20,000 nucleotides of DNA. Source: Fistulifera solaris (taxonomy: Eukaryota). Made by a program: the position numbers and the translations under genes. Location: the NCBI GenBank assembly GCA_030295235.1, contig AP026172.1:917902-937901 (forward strand), given 5' to 3'. Shown in pieces: positions 8,938 through 20,000 of this stretch; positions within the stretch are counted from its first letter, which is position 1; the number at the start of each line of letters is the position of its first letter. The notes below the pieces were generated by a model. It saw only the letters and a list, made by a program, of their open reading frames with translations, was not told the origin of the DNA and did no database searches.

Positions 8938-10076
8938 TCAAGACGAACCTAAGTTGTGAAACAGAGTTTCACTCCGCGGTATAGCAATCGCCTCCGCTTC
9001 TCCTCCGACTCCAATCGCAACAGCTGCTTGCCGATCGGGACAATCCATAATTTGGGTCGGTGCAAGTTGCACCAACTGCGACCACGCCCCGGGTGCATGC
9101 GCCAAGCGGAACTGAAACGCGTGCCCTACAAAGGTTCCTTCAAACTTTGTAGCACTTGCCCAGTCCCACATAAAATCGGGTAAGTTCGTGGTCTCACGGC
9201 CCAAGTGAAACTTGAAGGTTTCTTGACAGTCTTCGGCTGCCGGTGCCACATAGTAGCCATGCAGAGGACATCCCGCCACATTGCGAAATGCCACATCGAG
9301 TGTATGACACGGCCGACCCTCGGCGGGTGGTGTTCGAGCGTACATCGGATCGAAAGTCGCATCCTCACGTATGGGCTCCAAGTCTTCCAATGGACAATTG
9401 ACAAGCAGTTCGGGGGGAATGTTGCTGCCAATCGGAATGAGGCCAACTCGATGCTGCATCAGAATAGGTCCTGCGGAACCATCTGGAAGGATTTCCCGTG
9501 CTTGAAACGAATGACCTTGATAAGTATGCAAGGCCATCCACTGTCCAGGCTGCAACTGCGTCGTTTCATCCTGCATCGGCACCAGCTGCGGATTGCGAGC
9601 TGATTTTTCATTCCCTTCGGCATCTAAGTAAGAAATAACTACTGCATGGCTTGATTTATTTTCGACAATCCACATAGTATCAAGCCCCGTTTGAATGTTC
9701 TGTTGTGCGTGTTGTTGTGTGAACGCTCCCGGATCTATCGGACAGTAAAAGGTCTTTTCGTTCGGCACATTCATGATAGTTCCTTGTGCTTTTAATGCTT
9801 GATAACGTGCCGCTCGACCCAATGTATCTTTGAAGGCATTGAATTGCTGGCGATCACAAACAACATCCGAATGGAAGCGCGCACCTTCTTGAATCGCATT
9901 CGGATCAGGACATTTGCTTCCGCTGTTACTTGTGGCAGCTGCAGCTAAAGCAGCAGCGGCAGTCAGTGGGTTTGGCATGGTTGGGAAGCAACATGTATGT
10001 CAGCAAATGAATGTACCACAAAAGAATAGGGAAGATGAATAATAATCAATGCAAGCAAATAATACGAAAGCATCAT
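8938..10076 (-). CDS. Probably secreted protein with two VHL beta-domain-like repeats; putative signal-peptide exon 10076-10017, main exon about 9944-8938
   Basis: Repeat 1 WIVENKSSHAVVISYLDAEGNE..LQPGQWMALHTYQGHSFQARE and repeat 2 VAFRNVAGCPLHGYYV..EGTFVGHAFQFR fit the VHL-beta pattern (F.N.S...V...W...G....L.PG.....SY.GH.W..R). Upstream CACC-ATG MMLSYYLLALIIIHLP looks like a signal peptide; the GTACAT..CTGAC..TTTAG intron is off-phase by 1 nt. Confidence 0.7.
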
Positions 10077-10370
10077 GGTGTCTGTTTTTCTCCGGTCTGC
10101 ATCTAAGGCAGCGCGGACTTTCCTACTACATGCGAATAGTAGATTAATCAGAGTTCTTTATGTCTTTGAGGGGTCATAAAGTCATTAAGTCGGAATGGAA
10201 CAAGCAAGCAAGGCAAGCAGCAAGCCGCGTCGTCTTGCCATCAACCAGACCTGCGACACAGGCGTCGACAACCATCAAGCGTTTTTATCGTCTTCCTCTC
10301 ATTTCTTTTACCAGGTGATATCCATGTGCGATCGGCAATCATAAAGTATCATTTTTTACCTGAGATAACC

Positions 10371-11714
10371 ATGACAGAAGTGAGAGACACGAAAGATTCT
10401 GGAAAGGCGTTATTTGCGACACGCGAATATGCAATCGGTGATATCATCTTGCAAGAAGACAAGCCGTTGGCTATCTTGTCGCACACTACTTCTTATAGCG
10501 CTAAAAATGATTCTCCGTTCATTGCTATTGCGCAGGCTTATCAACAGAGCAACACCCAGTTAGATATTGAGGCGAAATTGTTATCGCTTTATCACCCACA
10601 GGCTGACACGGCAAATCCTGCGGAACAGGAACTCTGGAAAAATAGCCAATCCGCCGCGGAAAACGACGATCGTCTTCACAAAATCATTATGATTGCATGC
10701 TGTAACTCTTTTCAAGGAGGATATGTGTACGAACATGCCAGTCGAATCAATCATTCCTGTCAGCCGAATGCAATTGTGAATATACAAGAGGACACTGGTG
10801 CATTGCTCTTACGAGCATTGACGCCGATTGTTGTCGGCGAAGAAATTGGCATTTCCTACGCCGGCTTGTATCTGTATACCGATACCAGGGCACGCCAGCA
10901 TGTATTGCGCCGTGATAAATTCTTTGATTGTGCCTGTGTACGGTGTCAAGAGGCTGTCGACCCGGCGAATATGATCCCTTGTACTAAATGTCATCCTCGG
11001 CACCAATCTCATTTGGATGAAGCGACCCAATACGATGACGACGACGAGCACCCCGTGAAATACATGATGTGGAAGAGTGATCAATTCGTTTGTGAGTCAT
11101 GCGATTATGTAGAAACGTTAAAATCATCTGTCGCTACCGTGGTACATTCTATCTCGGATAAAGTTTTGCAATTTCTTGAACAATACAAGGAACAAGACAA
11201 CAGCTCGAAGGCGTCCTCTGAACAGAAAGACAATGCGCCCCAGGACGAACAGGACGAAGAATTGGAATCGCTATTGCAGGAGCACTTATCGCTAGCGAGC
11301 AGTGTGTTGGGCGCTCGTCACTGGACGACAAATTTGTTGCTTCTACTGTATCTCGATCGGGGATTGAAGCAATACCACAAAAAGCTTATTTTTCAACAAG
11401 CGGCTGACGATGACATGCAGCTGGACTTGGCAGAACACATCGATCATTTACAACGTATCACGCAGTTTGTGAAAAGGCTAAAACTTCACTTGCACCCGGG
11501 CCATTTGCTTTCCGACGTGATTGTCGGGATAGCGCGTGCATTAGTAAGCTTGAGCGATGTCAAATCCGCTCAGTATGCTACCAGATGGTTGGATCATTTG
11601 ATTGGATACGAGCCTTTCTTGTCTGAGGCGCTTGTCAAAGTGGTTGACTCGCTCAAAAGTGCATGGACACGTATGGAAGCCGACGAACCGGCACATAAAA
11701 AACTAAAGGGATAA
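10371..11714 (+). CDS. SMYD-like SET-domain lysine methyltransferase
   Basis: SGKALFATREYAIGDIILQE (SET-N), SRINHSCQPN, LRALTPIVVGEEIGISY, post-SET FFDCACVRC, extra CxxC pairs, a helical C-terminus with LGARHW and a terminal PAHKKLK NLS-like motif. ATG at 10371 (ACC-ATG) is preferred over GTG at 10326. Confidence 0.9.
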   Translation: MTEVRDTKDSGKALFATREYAIGDIILQEDKPLAILSHTTSYSAKNDSPFIAIAQAYQQSNTQLDIEAKLLSLYHPQADTANPAEQELWKNSQSAAENDDRLHKIIMIACCNSFQGGYVYEHASRINHSCQPNAIVNIQEDTGALLLRALTPIVVGEEIGISYAGLYLYTDTRARQHVLRRDKFFDCACVRCQEAVDPANMIPCTKCHPRHQSHLDEATQYDDDDEHPVKYMMWKSDQFVCESCDYVETLKSSVATVVHSISDKVLQFLEQYKEQDNSSKASSEQKDNAPQDEQDEELESLLQEHLSLASSVLGARHWTTNLLLLLYLDRGLKQYHKKLIFQQAADDDMQLDLAEHIDHLQRITQFVKRLKLHLHPGHLLSDVIVGIARALVSLSDVKSAQYATRWLDHLIGYEPFLSEALVKVVDSLKSAWTRMEADEPAHKKLKG

Positions 11715-12193
11715 CGAGCTATCGAGCTTACAACAATGCAGTTATTTCTGACTCAGATACAGCCGTTCGCCGATTGCAGCCAATCCAAATATTTTTGTCG
11801 GGCAACAAGCTGTTAAGGAAGATCGATTGCTTCGTTAAAGTCTTGTGCAACGTTGCGTCAGAGAAGGCCGTTCGCAGAAAAGTGACCCTATTTGGGACTA
11901 AAGATAAATTTAGCGACCACCGGTCCTAAAAAGGGACCAAATAAGGTGGCATTTCAGGCACCGTTGGCTCCATCAGCTCTCGCATTAACAACAAATTTGG
12001 AATTGAGAATTTTGGAATAGTCTCGAATTACAGAAGACATTTTCGAAGCGCAGAGATTCCAAATTTCACCCATCCTTGGCTACATGGATGAGAACGAAGC
12101 ACGTCTCAATTTTCGAGAGGCAACTCATCGTTCATTTTCTTACAAATTGCTTCTTTGATTTTCCCTTTTCATCTCTCGTAGCAATCTATACCA

Positions 12194-12616
12194 ATGGACT
12201 ACTCATCACCACAACTTAGTCAGCCGACTGCAATGTCGGACTCTCCAGAAATTGAGACGTTTGGCTGGAGCGATTTCCCTCTGCTTATGCTAAGTTCGCA
12301 GCACCACGAGACGAATTTCCGCGAAAACAGCACGTGGGGCTACTTTTGCGATACAACTTCTGCCTGTACCAACAAGATTGATCAGGGCTCTCTAGAATAT
12401 CATGTTATCTCGCTTTCCAACGGCGTTTTGTCAACCATTCCCGAAGAAGTTGAAGAAAAACTTGTTGCGACAAATTGTTGGTTGTCGACTGGCAATAAAG
12501 CTGTCAAGAACTTCATAAGCCGGGCAACACCAACAAGCGAAAAGACTCAGCAGTTGCTCTTTCTAATTGAGCCATATCGAAAGGAACAAAGAATGCGCTT
12601 CAGAGAGCATCACTAA
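12194..12616 (+). CDS. Hypothetical protein (140 aa)
   Basis: ATG-initiated ORF after a pyrimidine-rich leader, in its own intergenic gap; no recognised domain. Confidence 0.5.
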   Translation: MDYSSPQLSQPTAMSDSPEIETFGWSDFPLLMLSSQHHETNFRENSTWGYFCDTTSACTNKIDQGSLEYHVISLSNGVLSTIPEEVEEKLVATNCWLSTGNKAVKNFISRATPTSEKTQQLLFLIEPYRKEQRMRFREHH

Positions 12617-12947
12617 GCAAGGTCGTCAAACAAGCTAACTTTGAATGCAGCAACATCGCCTTCTTCTAATGACTCGCGACGCTTAACGAGACACAGAAAG
12701 CTAAACTTCATTCACTTCTATCAAAACGTAAGCTTATTTAAATTTGGTCCAACAGTATGTACAATTTGAAGTCAAACTTAGGCGATGAGGTTGCTTGTTG
12801 GCCTTGGGAAGCGGATGCTCTCTTTACAATTGGTGAGCAACCACATCTTTGTTTGTGCATTGTGTTGATATTATCAACGAAGGTCTTAGCTATTGAATAT
12901 AACATAGGCATTTTGATACATGCATGCAGAATATGTGCAGAATCTTA

Positions 12948-14792
12948 TCAGTTCTCGTGAAGTCGCGAGAAGACGAAGACAGTTCCTCGATGACCACGAA
13001 CAATGCGTAGACTCTCGTCAACGAATAAAGTGTCGACGTACGCCATTCCGTGTCCACCTAAAGGGCGCGTGAAAGTATAACACATAGAGCTATCGTCATT
13101 CATGTCCTTGGGAAGCTCAGCTCCCATTAGAATCTTGACAGCCAAAAGTTTGGCTTTTTCGGCAAAGCCGTGGGTTGGAGGATGCAGCGCAAAGAGACGG
13201 AGCCACTCACTCTGATCGACGGGATCGTCGTTGGGTTCAATTCTACCTCCTGTGATCCAAACCGACTGCCGGTTTGGCGTGTTTGGATCCTTCACGGTGT
13301 ATCCAGTTGTTGTCATGATACCACGAATGGGGCGTCGGACATCCTTGTTTGGGGCGTTGGGATATGCTGCTTGCGGCGACTCGATAGTGAAAGCGGACAT
13401 GATACTGCGAGGTAAGAGAATTTGAGTTTAAAATCGCTCGGCTAATTGTCCTTCACTCGCAAATAACACTTACTCATAGGTGTGCAAATCAGCCCCATTC
13501 GCAACTTCCTCTTGCAATGCCTTTGGAACAGGAGTGCTCTCATGAATGCCGGCTCGTTCAACCGAGTTGAAATTACCCTGTAAGCTGCAAACAATCTGGG
13601 TTGGTGCGAACATGTCGAATGACAAACGGCCAAGTGTGTACATTGGATCACCGGCATCATTATCCCCAAGGTTGCCAAAGAAACTAGGCTTTGTCAGCGT
13701 CAGCCATTTTCCTTGACTCAACTCACCGTCGCCGTCGCAGATATTCAAGTTGAACGAGCTCTCCAAGAACTGAAGACACTCCTTAAAGCGGTCGCTGTTA
13801 GTTTCTCCACCCGAGATAGCTAACTCGTGTAAGATCCCATCACGAGCCTTTGTTATAGCCGATACTCTTACACTGGGTGGGATGTAGGCCACGACATCGT
13901 CGTTGTCGGGAACTGTGATAAAGGTAGGAGCGGCATCTTGAATATCGGTAGACTCGGACCCGCTATTTCCAAAGAAAGAGCTTCCTAAGGATGGAATAGT
14001 AAGCGGACTGATGCTACGGCCGAGCAAATAGCAGCTCATCATGAGACTTGATGGTAGCTTTTCATCATGTTGAGGTACTGTCGGGTGATGAACACGAAGT
14101 GCGACTGGGCGCACGATGTCATTCTCTACGATTTCATCCTCCACATTTGTTTCTAAGGGCGTGAACGGGCGCTTCGTCTGAAAATGAGCATCCTCATCTA
14201 AAGAGGGGTTTCGAGCTCCAGCCATTCGTTCCTCTTCGTGATGCGCGTAAAAGTGCACCATATCGCCCGAACTCGTTAGTTCGTGCGCTTTATCATCTTG
14301 TAAAACCCATTTACGATGCCATTCGTGAGCGTCAACAGAGGCTTTGAGCAAGTAAATCCCTGGGATACCTTGCGTATGAGCCTGCTTATAGAACTCCTCA
14401 GCAGCTTGTTGCGCAACCACACGTGGTTTCGGGCGGACAATGGTTGGCAGCTCTTCCAACGTATCTTTCTCTATTAAAGCTGGCTCTGCACGCTGCAGAA
14501 TCTCCTCCGAATGCATGAAATCTCTGTTGATCGCAGATTCATCATCTGAAATGGTTTCGGATGAATCGCTCAACGTCGAATTTAACATGAAACGCGGCGG
14601 CATCGCTCTCACTGGGACAGGCCGAACAACACAAGGTCTAACGACATCCGGTCTCAACAAGACGGGAGAAGAACAAGGAGAAACAATTGTTTGTTGCACA
14701 ATCTCGGGGGGAGCTGATGATTCCGGAGCATCTTCATCGCCTTGAACGTTCCTCTCGTTGTGTATCCGGATTCGTTTGGCTGAAAGTGCCAT
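12948..14792 (-). CDS. Hypothetical protein with a low-complexity N-terminal half and a PAP/fibrillin (lipocalin-like) C-terminal motif; exons 14792-13474 and 13404-12948
   Basis: A 69-nt phase-2 intron (GTAAGT at 13473 to CGCAG at 13405) joins the two long ORFs as HTY-D-IMSAFTI. The C-terminus YVDTLFVDESLRIVRGHRGTVFVFSR resembles the PAP_fibrillin end motif, and LSQGKWLTL resembles the L.G.W.L start motif. Confidence 0.8.
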
Positions 14793-15946
14793 TTTAGCGT
14801 ATTCAATCACGTATTCCTTAAATCTCCTTGCAAAACTTGGATTGTCGGGTAATGAATGAATTCAGGCGAATCTGATCTCCTTGTTTGTTTACGTTTGTTT
14901 GTGATGAAACCTTGACGTGATGTTGTCTCCTTTGCTGCACAAGCTTGTGGTTAGCGCGAGAGACCCTGCTGCTGTCAAGTCGCGATGTCATCGTAGGATT
15001 TTACACAACTTTTCTACCAACATCCAGAATGAAATTTCGGAAAAACATGCGCCTCCTACAAACAGTTACCAGTACCGGTACCGGTAGCTGTTGCTGAAAT
15101 AATGATGCTACCTGGTACATTTCCGTGCAGTCAGAGTGACGTAGAACGGCAAGTACTGAAGGAGCAATGGCCCTGCTATAGCCCATTTCTGTTCTCTGTC
15201 TTCCAATCCAGATGGAGACAACGATCGAGTACTTTTAAACTAACTTTGTTTCACTGGCTAACCGAAACAATCAATAAAATTTCTACTCATGCCTGAATCT
15301 ACGATTTACTGTACATGAAGAATTTTAGAACTTGAACACCAAAAAGCTGAAATTTCCTGCTGAAAACAATACTCCGAAATTTAAACTTCATCTTTCATCC
15401 ATAAAGCGGAATATAATGTAAAATTCGAAGCAATTCGAAACTATTGCGAAACGAAATGATAAATTTGTTCTTCATAAACTCGAAATATCTGTACTTCAAT
15501 CTCACCAGACATTTTCTGGAAATGAAAGGTAAACGTCTCCGATACATTCCTTAAATTCTGTTGGACATCGGACATGAGAAAACCTGTCCAGACTTTAATC
15601 GTGAACCGGGTCGGGTGGGAAGTGGGAACTGACGGCTGACGGCTACAGGCTAACGGGTACCGGTACCGGTACCGGACCGACTGAAGGTGCTCATTGAACG
15701 AAACTGCCGGCACTCCTTTTTTTCGTTTGTTCGTTTGCGAAAAAGGTGAAAGACAGTGATGTTGAGCGACGAGAATGAGAGGGAAACGGAAAGCTGCAAT
15801 AACTGCACTATCTCATCACTAAATAAACAAGCAGAATCAATCTTTATCACAAAGGATTTAAATTGGCTGAACGGAAGCTGTAGCGGCGCATTTTTCAGAT
15901 CAGACTGCATTGTGGTTCTTCATTACCTTTTTTTACAGAATAGAAG

Positions 15947-17711
15947 ATGGGATTGTGTCAAAGCTCCGGAGCTGGATCAAACATCATTGCAAAAAGCGAC
16001 GGCGGTGAAGAGGAATATCACAAACGATTTTTGGAAGATGCTCTTCTAGGAGCCGGCGAATTCGGTGTAAGAATATGATGGCATTTTCCTGCACATTGTA
16101 CTTTCATGCCCGTCTCACTCAATCTCTCTCTCGTCTTTTCTCTCAGGAAGTGAAAATGGTGCATGATATGATCAGTAAATGCAGAGGAGCTGAACCGATG
16201 GCTTGCAAAGCTTTGAAGAAGGGCGTGGTATTTAAGGACAACACTCTTTACACACCAATGAAGCCCGAAATTCTGCGCGGCGAAATTGAAATTCTGCGAA
16301 AATTGGATGGTCGACAGTTCTGTTTAAAGCTCATAGCAATCTACGAAACGCCAAAAGTGATCTACATGATCACAGAATATTGCGGTGGAGGTGAAATGAT
16401 GGAATATGTCGGGTCCCTGAAGGAGGATTTAACATCTGAAGATGTCAGCCGGATTGCATTTCAGCTGTTGTCGGCCTTGGATCACTGTGCGAAAAATCAA
16501 GTGTTGCATCGTGATATAAAGCCAGAAAATATCATGTTTCATGATCCTTCGCACGGATCGCCACTTCGTCTCATTGATTTCGGTTCAGGGACGTTGGACT
16601 CGCCCGATCGAAAGGAAGAAGATAAACACACGACATTCGCGGGGACAGCCTTTTACACTTCGCCCGAGCTCTTTCAGCGCGCATACAACCAATTGACGGA
16701 CGTGTGGAGCGCTGGTGTTGTTCTGTATGTTCTCGTTGCCGGTTATCCAGCTGATGTGCTTCAAAAGCATTCAATCTACTGCAATCGTCTAAACGTGATT
16801 TGAAAACGCTGCCCGGTATGCCCGACAATATGCCGGATAGTTACTATGAGCTACTTGCCGCGGCTTTAACTTACAAACCAAAGCTTCGTAAATCAGCTGC
16901 GGAACTGTTGGAATTTGATTTCACCAAATTTCATTCACAGCAAGATGGTGAACAGATTTTGTCCTTAGAGCAAGTAGCAGCAGCGGCAGCGTCTGCAGAT
17001 CTCCCTTTGGCGAGTCGTCCAGGGTACGAAGACAAGGAAGTGTTTCTTTGCATGGTAGCGTTTCTCGTCACAATATGTTCTTGGGATTTAAAAGGTTCGA
17101 ACGATCGTTAACTGCTTTATTGGCGGCGCTACTTAGCAAGAAGGAGTTGGACGCCTTGGTAACAAAGCTCAAGAATCTCGGCGCTCAGCAGCAAAGTGCA
17201 GAGCCAGAAGGTCCTTCATTACACTCCGATCAAGTAAATAAACAACTTGCTGTCATTTCCATGGAAGAGCTAAGAGAACTCATTAAAGAAGTGGCGGGAT
17301 GGAAACCAGATGTAAGTTCTGCTGTTGTGTACGGTCAACTGGAAAGATCGATCCCTCACCACTATTCGCTCTGCGCAAAGTTTCGAAACAATGTCCAAAC
17401 TAGAAAATGCAGGAGCCTACAGTTCTTTCGCGTACCATTTTGATTTGCTGTTTGATTTCAGTAAAGAGAGCGGTGATGCTCGTGGCTTCGCCAGGAGCGG
17501 TTCAACTCGCAGTGACACAAATCGTCGTCTCAGTCGCCGGGATCGACAATCGATTCGGCTACTCGCATCTTCTGCGGTAGATGAAGACTATTCAACTAGT
17601 AGTATGCGTGAATTAAGCAGAGGTTTGGCGCTCGAGGGAAACAACCGCGACGAAAAGAAATCAAAGCTAAATGTTTCTGTCAGCGCCGGGAACCTTTTTG
17701 GATTGCAATAA
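15947..17711 (+). CDS. CAMK/CDPK-like Ser/Thr protein kinase with an N-terminal myristoylation/palmitoylation motif; contains apparent frameshifts (assembly error or pseudogene)
   Basis: Exon 1 (15947-16066) MGLCQS...LGAGEFG; intron 16067-16146 (GTAAGA..CTCAG); then MACKAL, HRDIKPEN, LIDFG, AGTAFYTSPE, DVWSAGV. Frame breaks at A4 16763-16766 and G3 17022-17024; second intron donor GTAAGT at 17312. Confidence 0.88.
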
Positions 17712-17836
17712 TGCTACCTTCTCTTTTTAAACATAAACAAAGTTTTGTCTTTAATGTAATGGAATAAGTTATTTGTGCAAGACAATAAAGTAAATGCAAT
17801 ATCAATTATCTAAAGTTGACGTAAATCTCTTGTGCT

Positions 17837-18673
<837 letters not shown>

Positions 18674-18816
18674 CTACTCCGTGTTAATTATGCGTTGTCG
18701 TTATTGTTTTCCGAACCCAAACGATCTTAGATGATTTTACGAGCAGGATTAGGGTTACAGTTAAAATGGAAAAAGGGTGTTGGAAAACAGCGAGTGCCGG
18801 TCGTCGTACAGTCAGC

Positions 18817-19218
18817 AAGGGTTAGGAATTTGGAAATTGGGATATGGAACTTGGAACTTGGAAAAGGAACACTTAGAACTAGGTAAATAGGAAGTAGGAA
18901 TCAGTAACAAAGGAGTAAGGAAGATGAAATAGAAGGAAATGGTGGAAATAAGGGAAAGAAGAAGATTTCATTGGAAATGCAAATCAAACTATAAAAATTA
19001 TTTTGTGCAACAAAGACAATTGCAGTTCTGAGTGGGTAAATTTGGATCCATTGCACAGACTTTGATCAATGTTGTACCAATGTGAATGGTGTCCTCTTTG
19101 TAGAATTGCTGGGTATGATCATAGAGCTTTGTTAGGGTTAGGGTTAGGAATTTGGGAATTGGGATATGGAACATGGAACTTGGAACAAGGAAACGTAGAA
19201 GTAGGAAGTAGGAATTAG
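18817..19218 (+). repeat. Subtelomeric imperfect direct repeat (about 85 bp; 18817-18903 and 19131-19218), each copy starting with telomeric GGGTTAGG
   Basis: Both copies read GGGTTAGGAATTTGG(A/G)AATTGGGATATGGAAC(T/A)TGGAACTTGGAA..AAGGAA..TAGAA..TAGGAAGTAGGAAT; the second is preceded by interstitial TTAGGG units. Confidence 0.85.
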
Positions 19219-19524
19219 AGAAAGCGGTAACTTAGAAGTAGAAAGTAGGAATTTGAGTAGTGGTAACGTACATGGAAGTAGGAATCAAAGCAGGAGGCAT
19301 TGAGGGAAGAAGTGAAGCTAGGAAAAAAGGGGGAATTAGGGGAAGAATAAGAAGGAAAGGGGAGGCAAAGAGGGGATAGGGAATTTAGAGGAATGAGGAA
19401 CAATGAGCACTTGCAAAAACTGTTGTATCTATCAATGTTTTGCTCCTGTAAAAATATATTTGCACATTTGGACCCTCTTGCTTACGTGATTTTTGCTCAG
19501 ATTGCGTAATGAAAACTGTTTGTG

Positions 19525-19630
19525 AAACTGTTGTGTTAGTACCTCTCTTATCTACTTGGCACAATATAAACATTGTAAAACTGTTGTTTTATTACCTCTC
19601 TTATCTACTTGGCACAATGAAAACATTTGC
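19525..19630 (+). repeat. About 53-bp tandem duplication with a perfect 26-bp core TACCTCTCTTATCTACTTGGCACAAT (19540-19565 and 19593-19618)
   Basis: Directly visible. Confidence 0.9.
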
Positions 19631-19730
19631 AGTCACAATCCTTCACGTTTGGGTCAATTTCCACAACCTTAATAAGAGTTGTGCCATCATAGTTGACACC
19701 ATCCCTATAAGTTGTCTGTGTGTGGTCATA

Positions 19731-20000
19731 TAGGGTTAGGGTTAGGGTTAGGGTTAGGGTTAGGGTTAGGGTTAGGGTTAGGGTTAGGGTTAGGGTTAGG
19801 GTTAGGGTTAGGGTTAGGGTTAGGGTTAGGGTTAGGGTTAGGGTTAGGGTTAGGGTTAGGGTTAGGGTTAGGGTTAGGGTTAGGGTTAGGGTTAGGGTTA
19901 GGGTTAGGGTTAGGGTTAGGGTTAGGGTTAGGGTTAGGGTTAGGGTTAGGGTTAGGGTTAGGGAGTTAGGGTTAGGGGTTAGGGTTAGGGTTAGGGTTAG
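19731..20000 (+). repeat. Telomere (TTAGGG)n, about 45 units; right chromosome end
   Basis: G-rich strand runs 5'->3' toward the window end; two variant units near 19961-19980. Confidence 0.98.

Noticed and set aside
10371..11714. SET protein as the lysine methyltransferase for the secreted repeat peptides
   Set aside because: It lacks a signal peptide and has a C-terminal NLS-like PAHKKLK, so it is probably nuclear or cytosolic; proximity alone is not evidence.
16760..17030. Programmed ribosomal frameshifting in the kinase
   Set aside because: No canonical slippery heptamer or obvious stimulatory structure; several homopolymer-associated lesions point to sequencing error.
19712..19969. Gly-Leu repeat ORF
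   Set aside because: Simply the translation of the telomeric TTAGGG tract.

Overview
Eukaryotic DNA ending in a (TTAGGG)n telomere, so this is the last 20 kb of a chromosome arm. It is almost certainly from a diatom: short GT-AG introns, a bipartite 'AF' plastid-targeting presequence, a ubiquitin-NiSOD fusion and RRL/RRxL-type processing sites. Gene order: plastid-targeted ClpB (partial, -); a signal-peptide polyprotein of 37 x 16-aa RRHL-DSAS(N/K)DSADSGS repeats (-); an acidic secreted RRLQ protein (-); a possible small secreted ORF (-); a tandem VHL-beta-like protein (-); an SMYD-like SET methyltransferase (+); a small hypothetical protein (+); a protein with a PAP/fibrillin-like C-terminus (-); a CAMK/CDPK-like kinase with an N-acylation motif and frameshifts in homopolymer runs (+); ubiquitin-NiSOD (-); subtelomeric repeats; telomere. 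The best candidate for a new system is the repeat polyprotein. It combines silaffin-type RRxL spacers with silacidin-type Ser/Asp peptides and heads a co-oriented run of secreted genes, possibly a biosilica or cell-wall peptide locus. All family calls come from reading motifs by eye; no searches were run.
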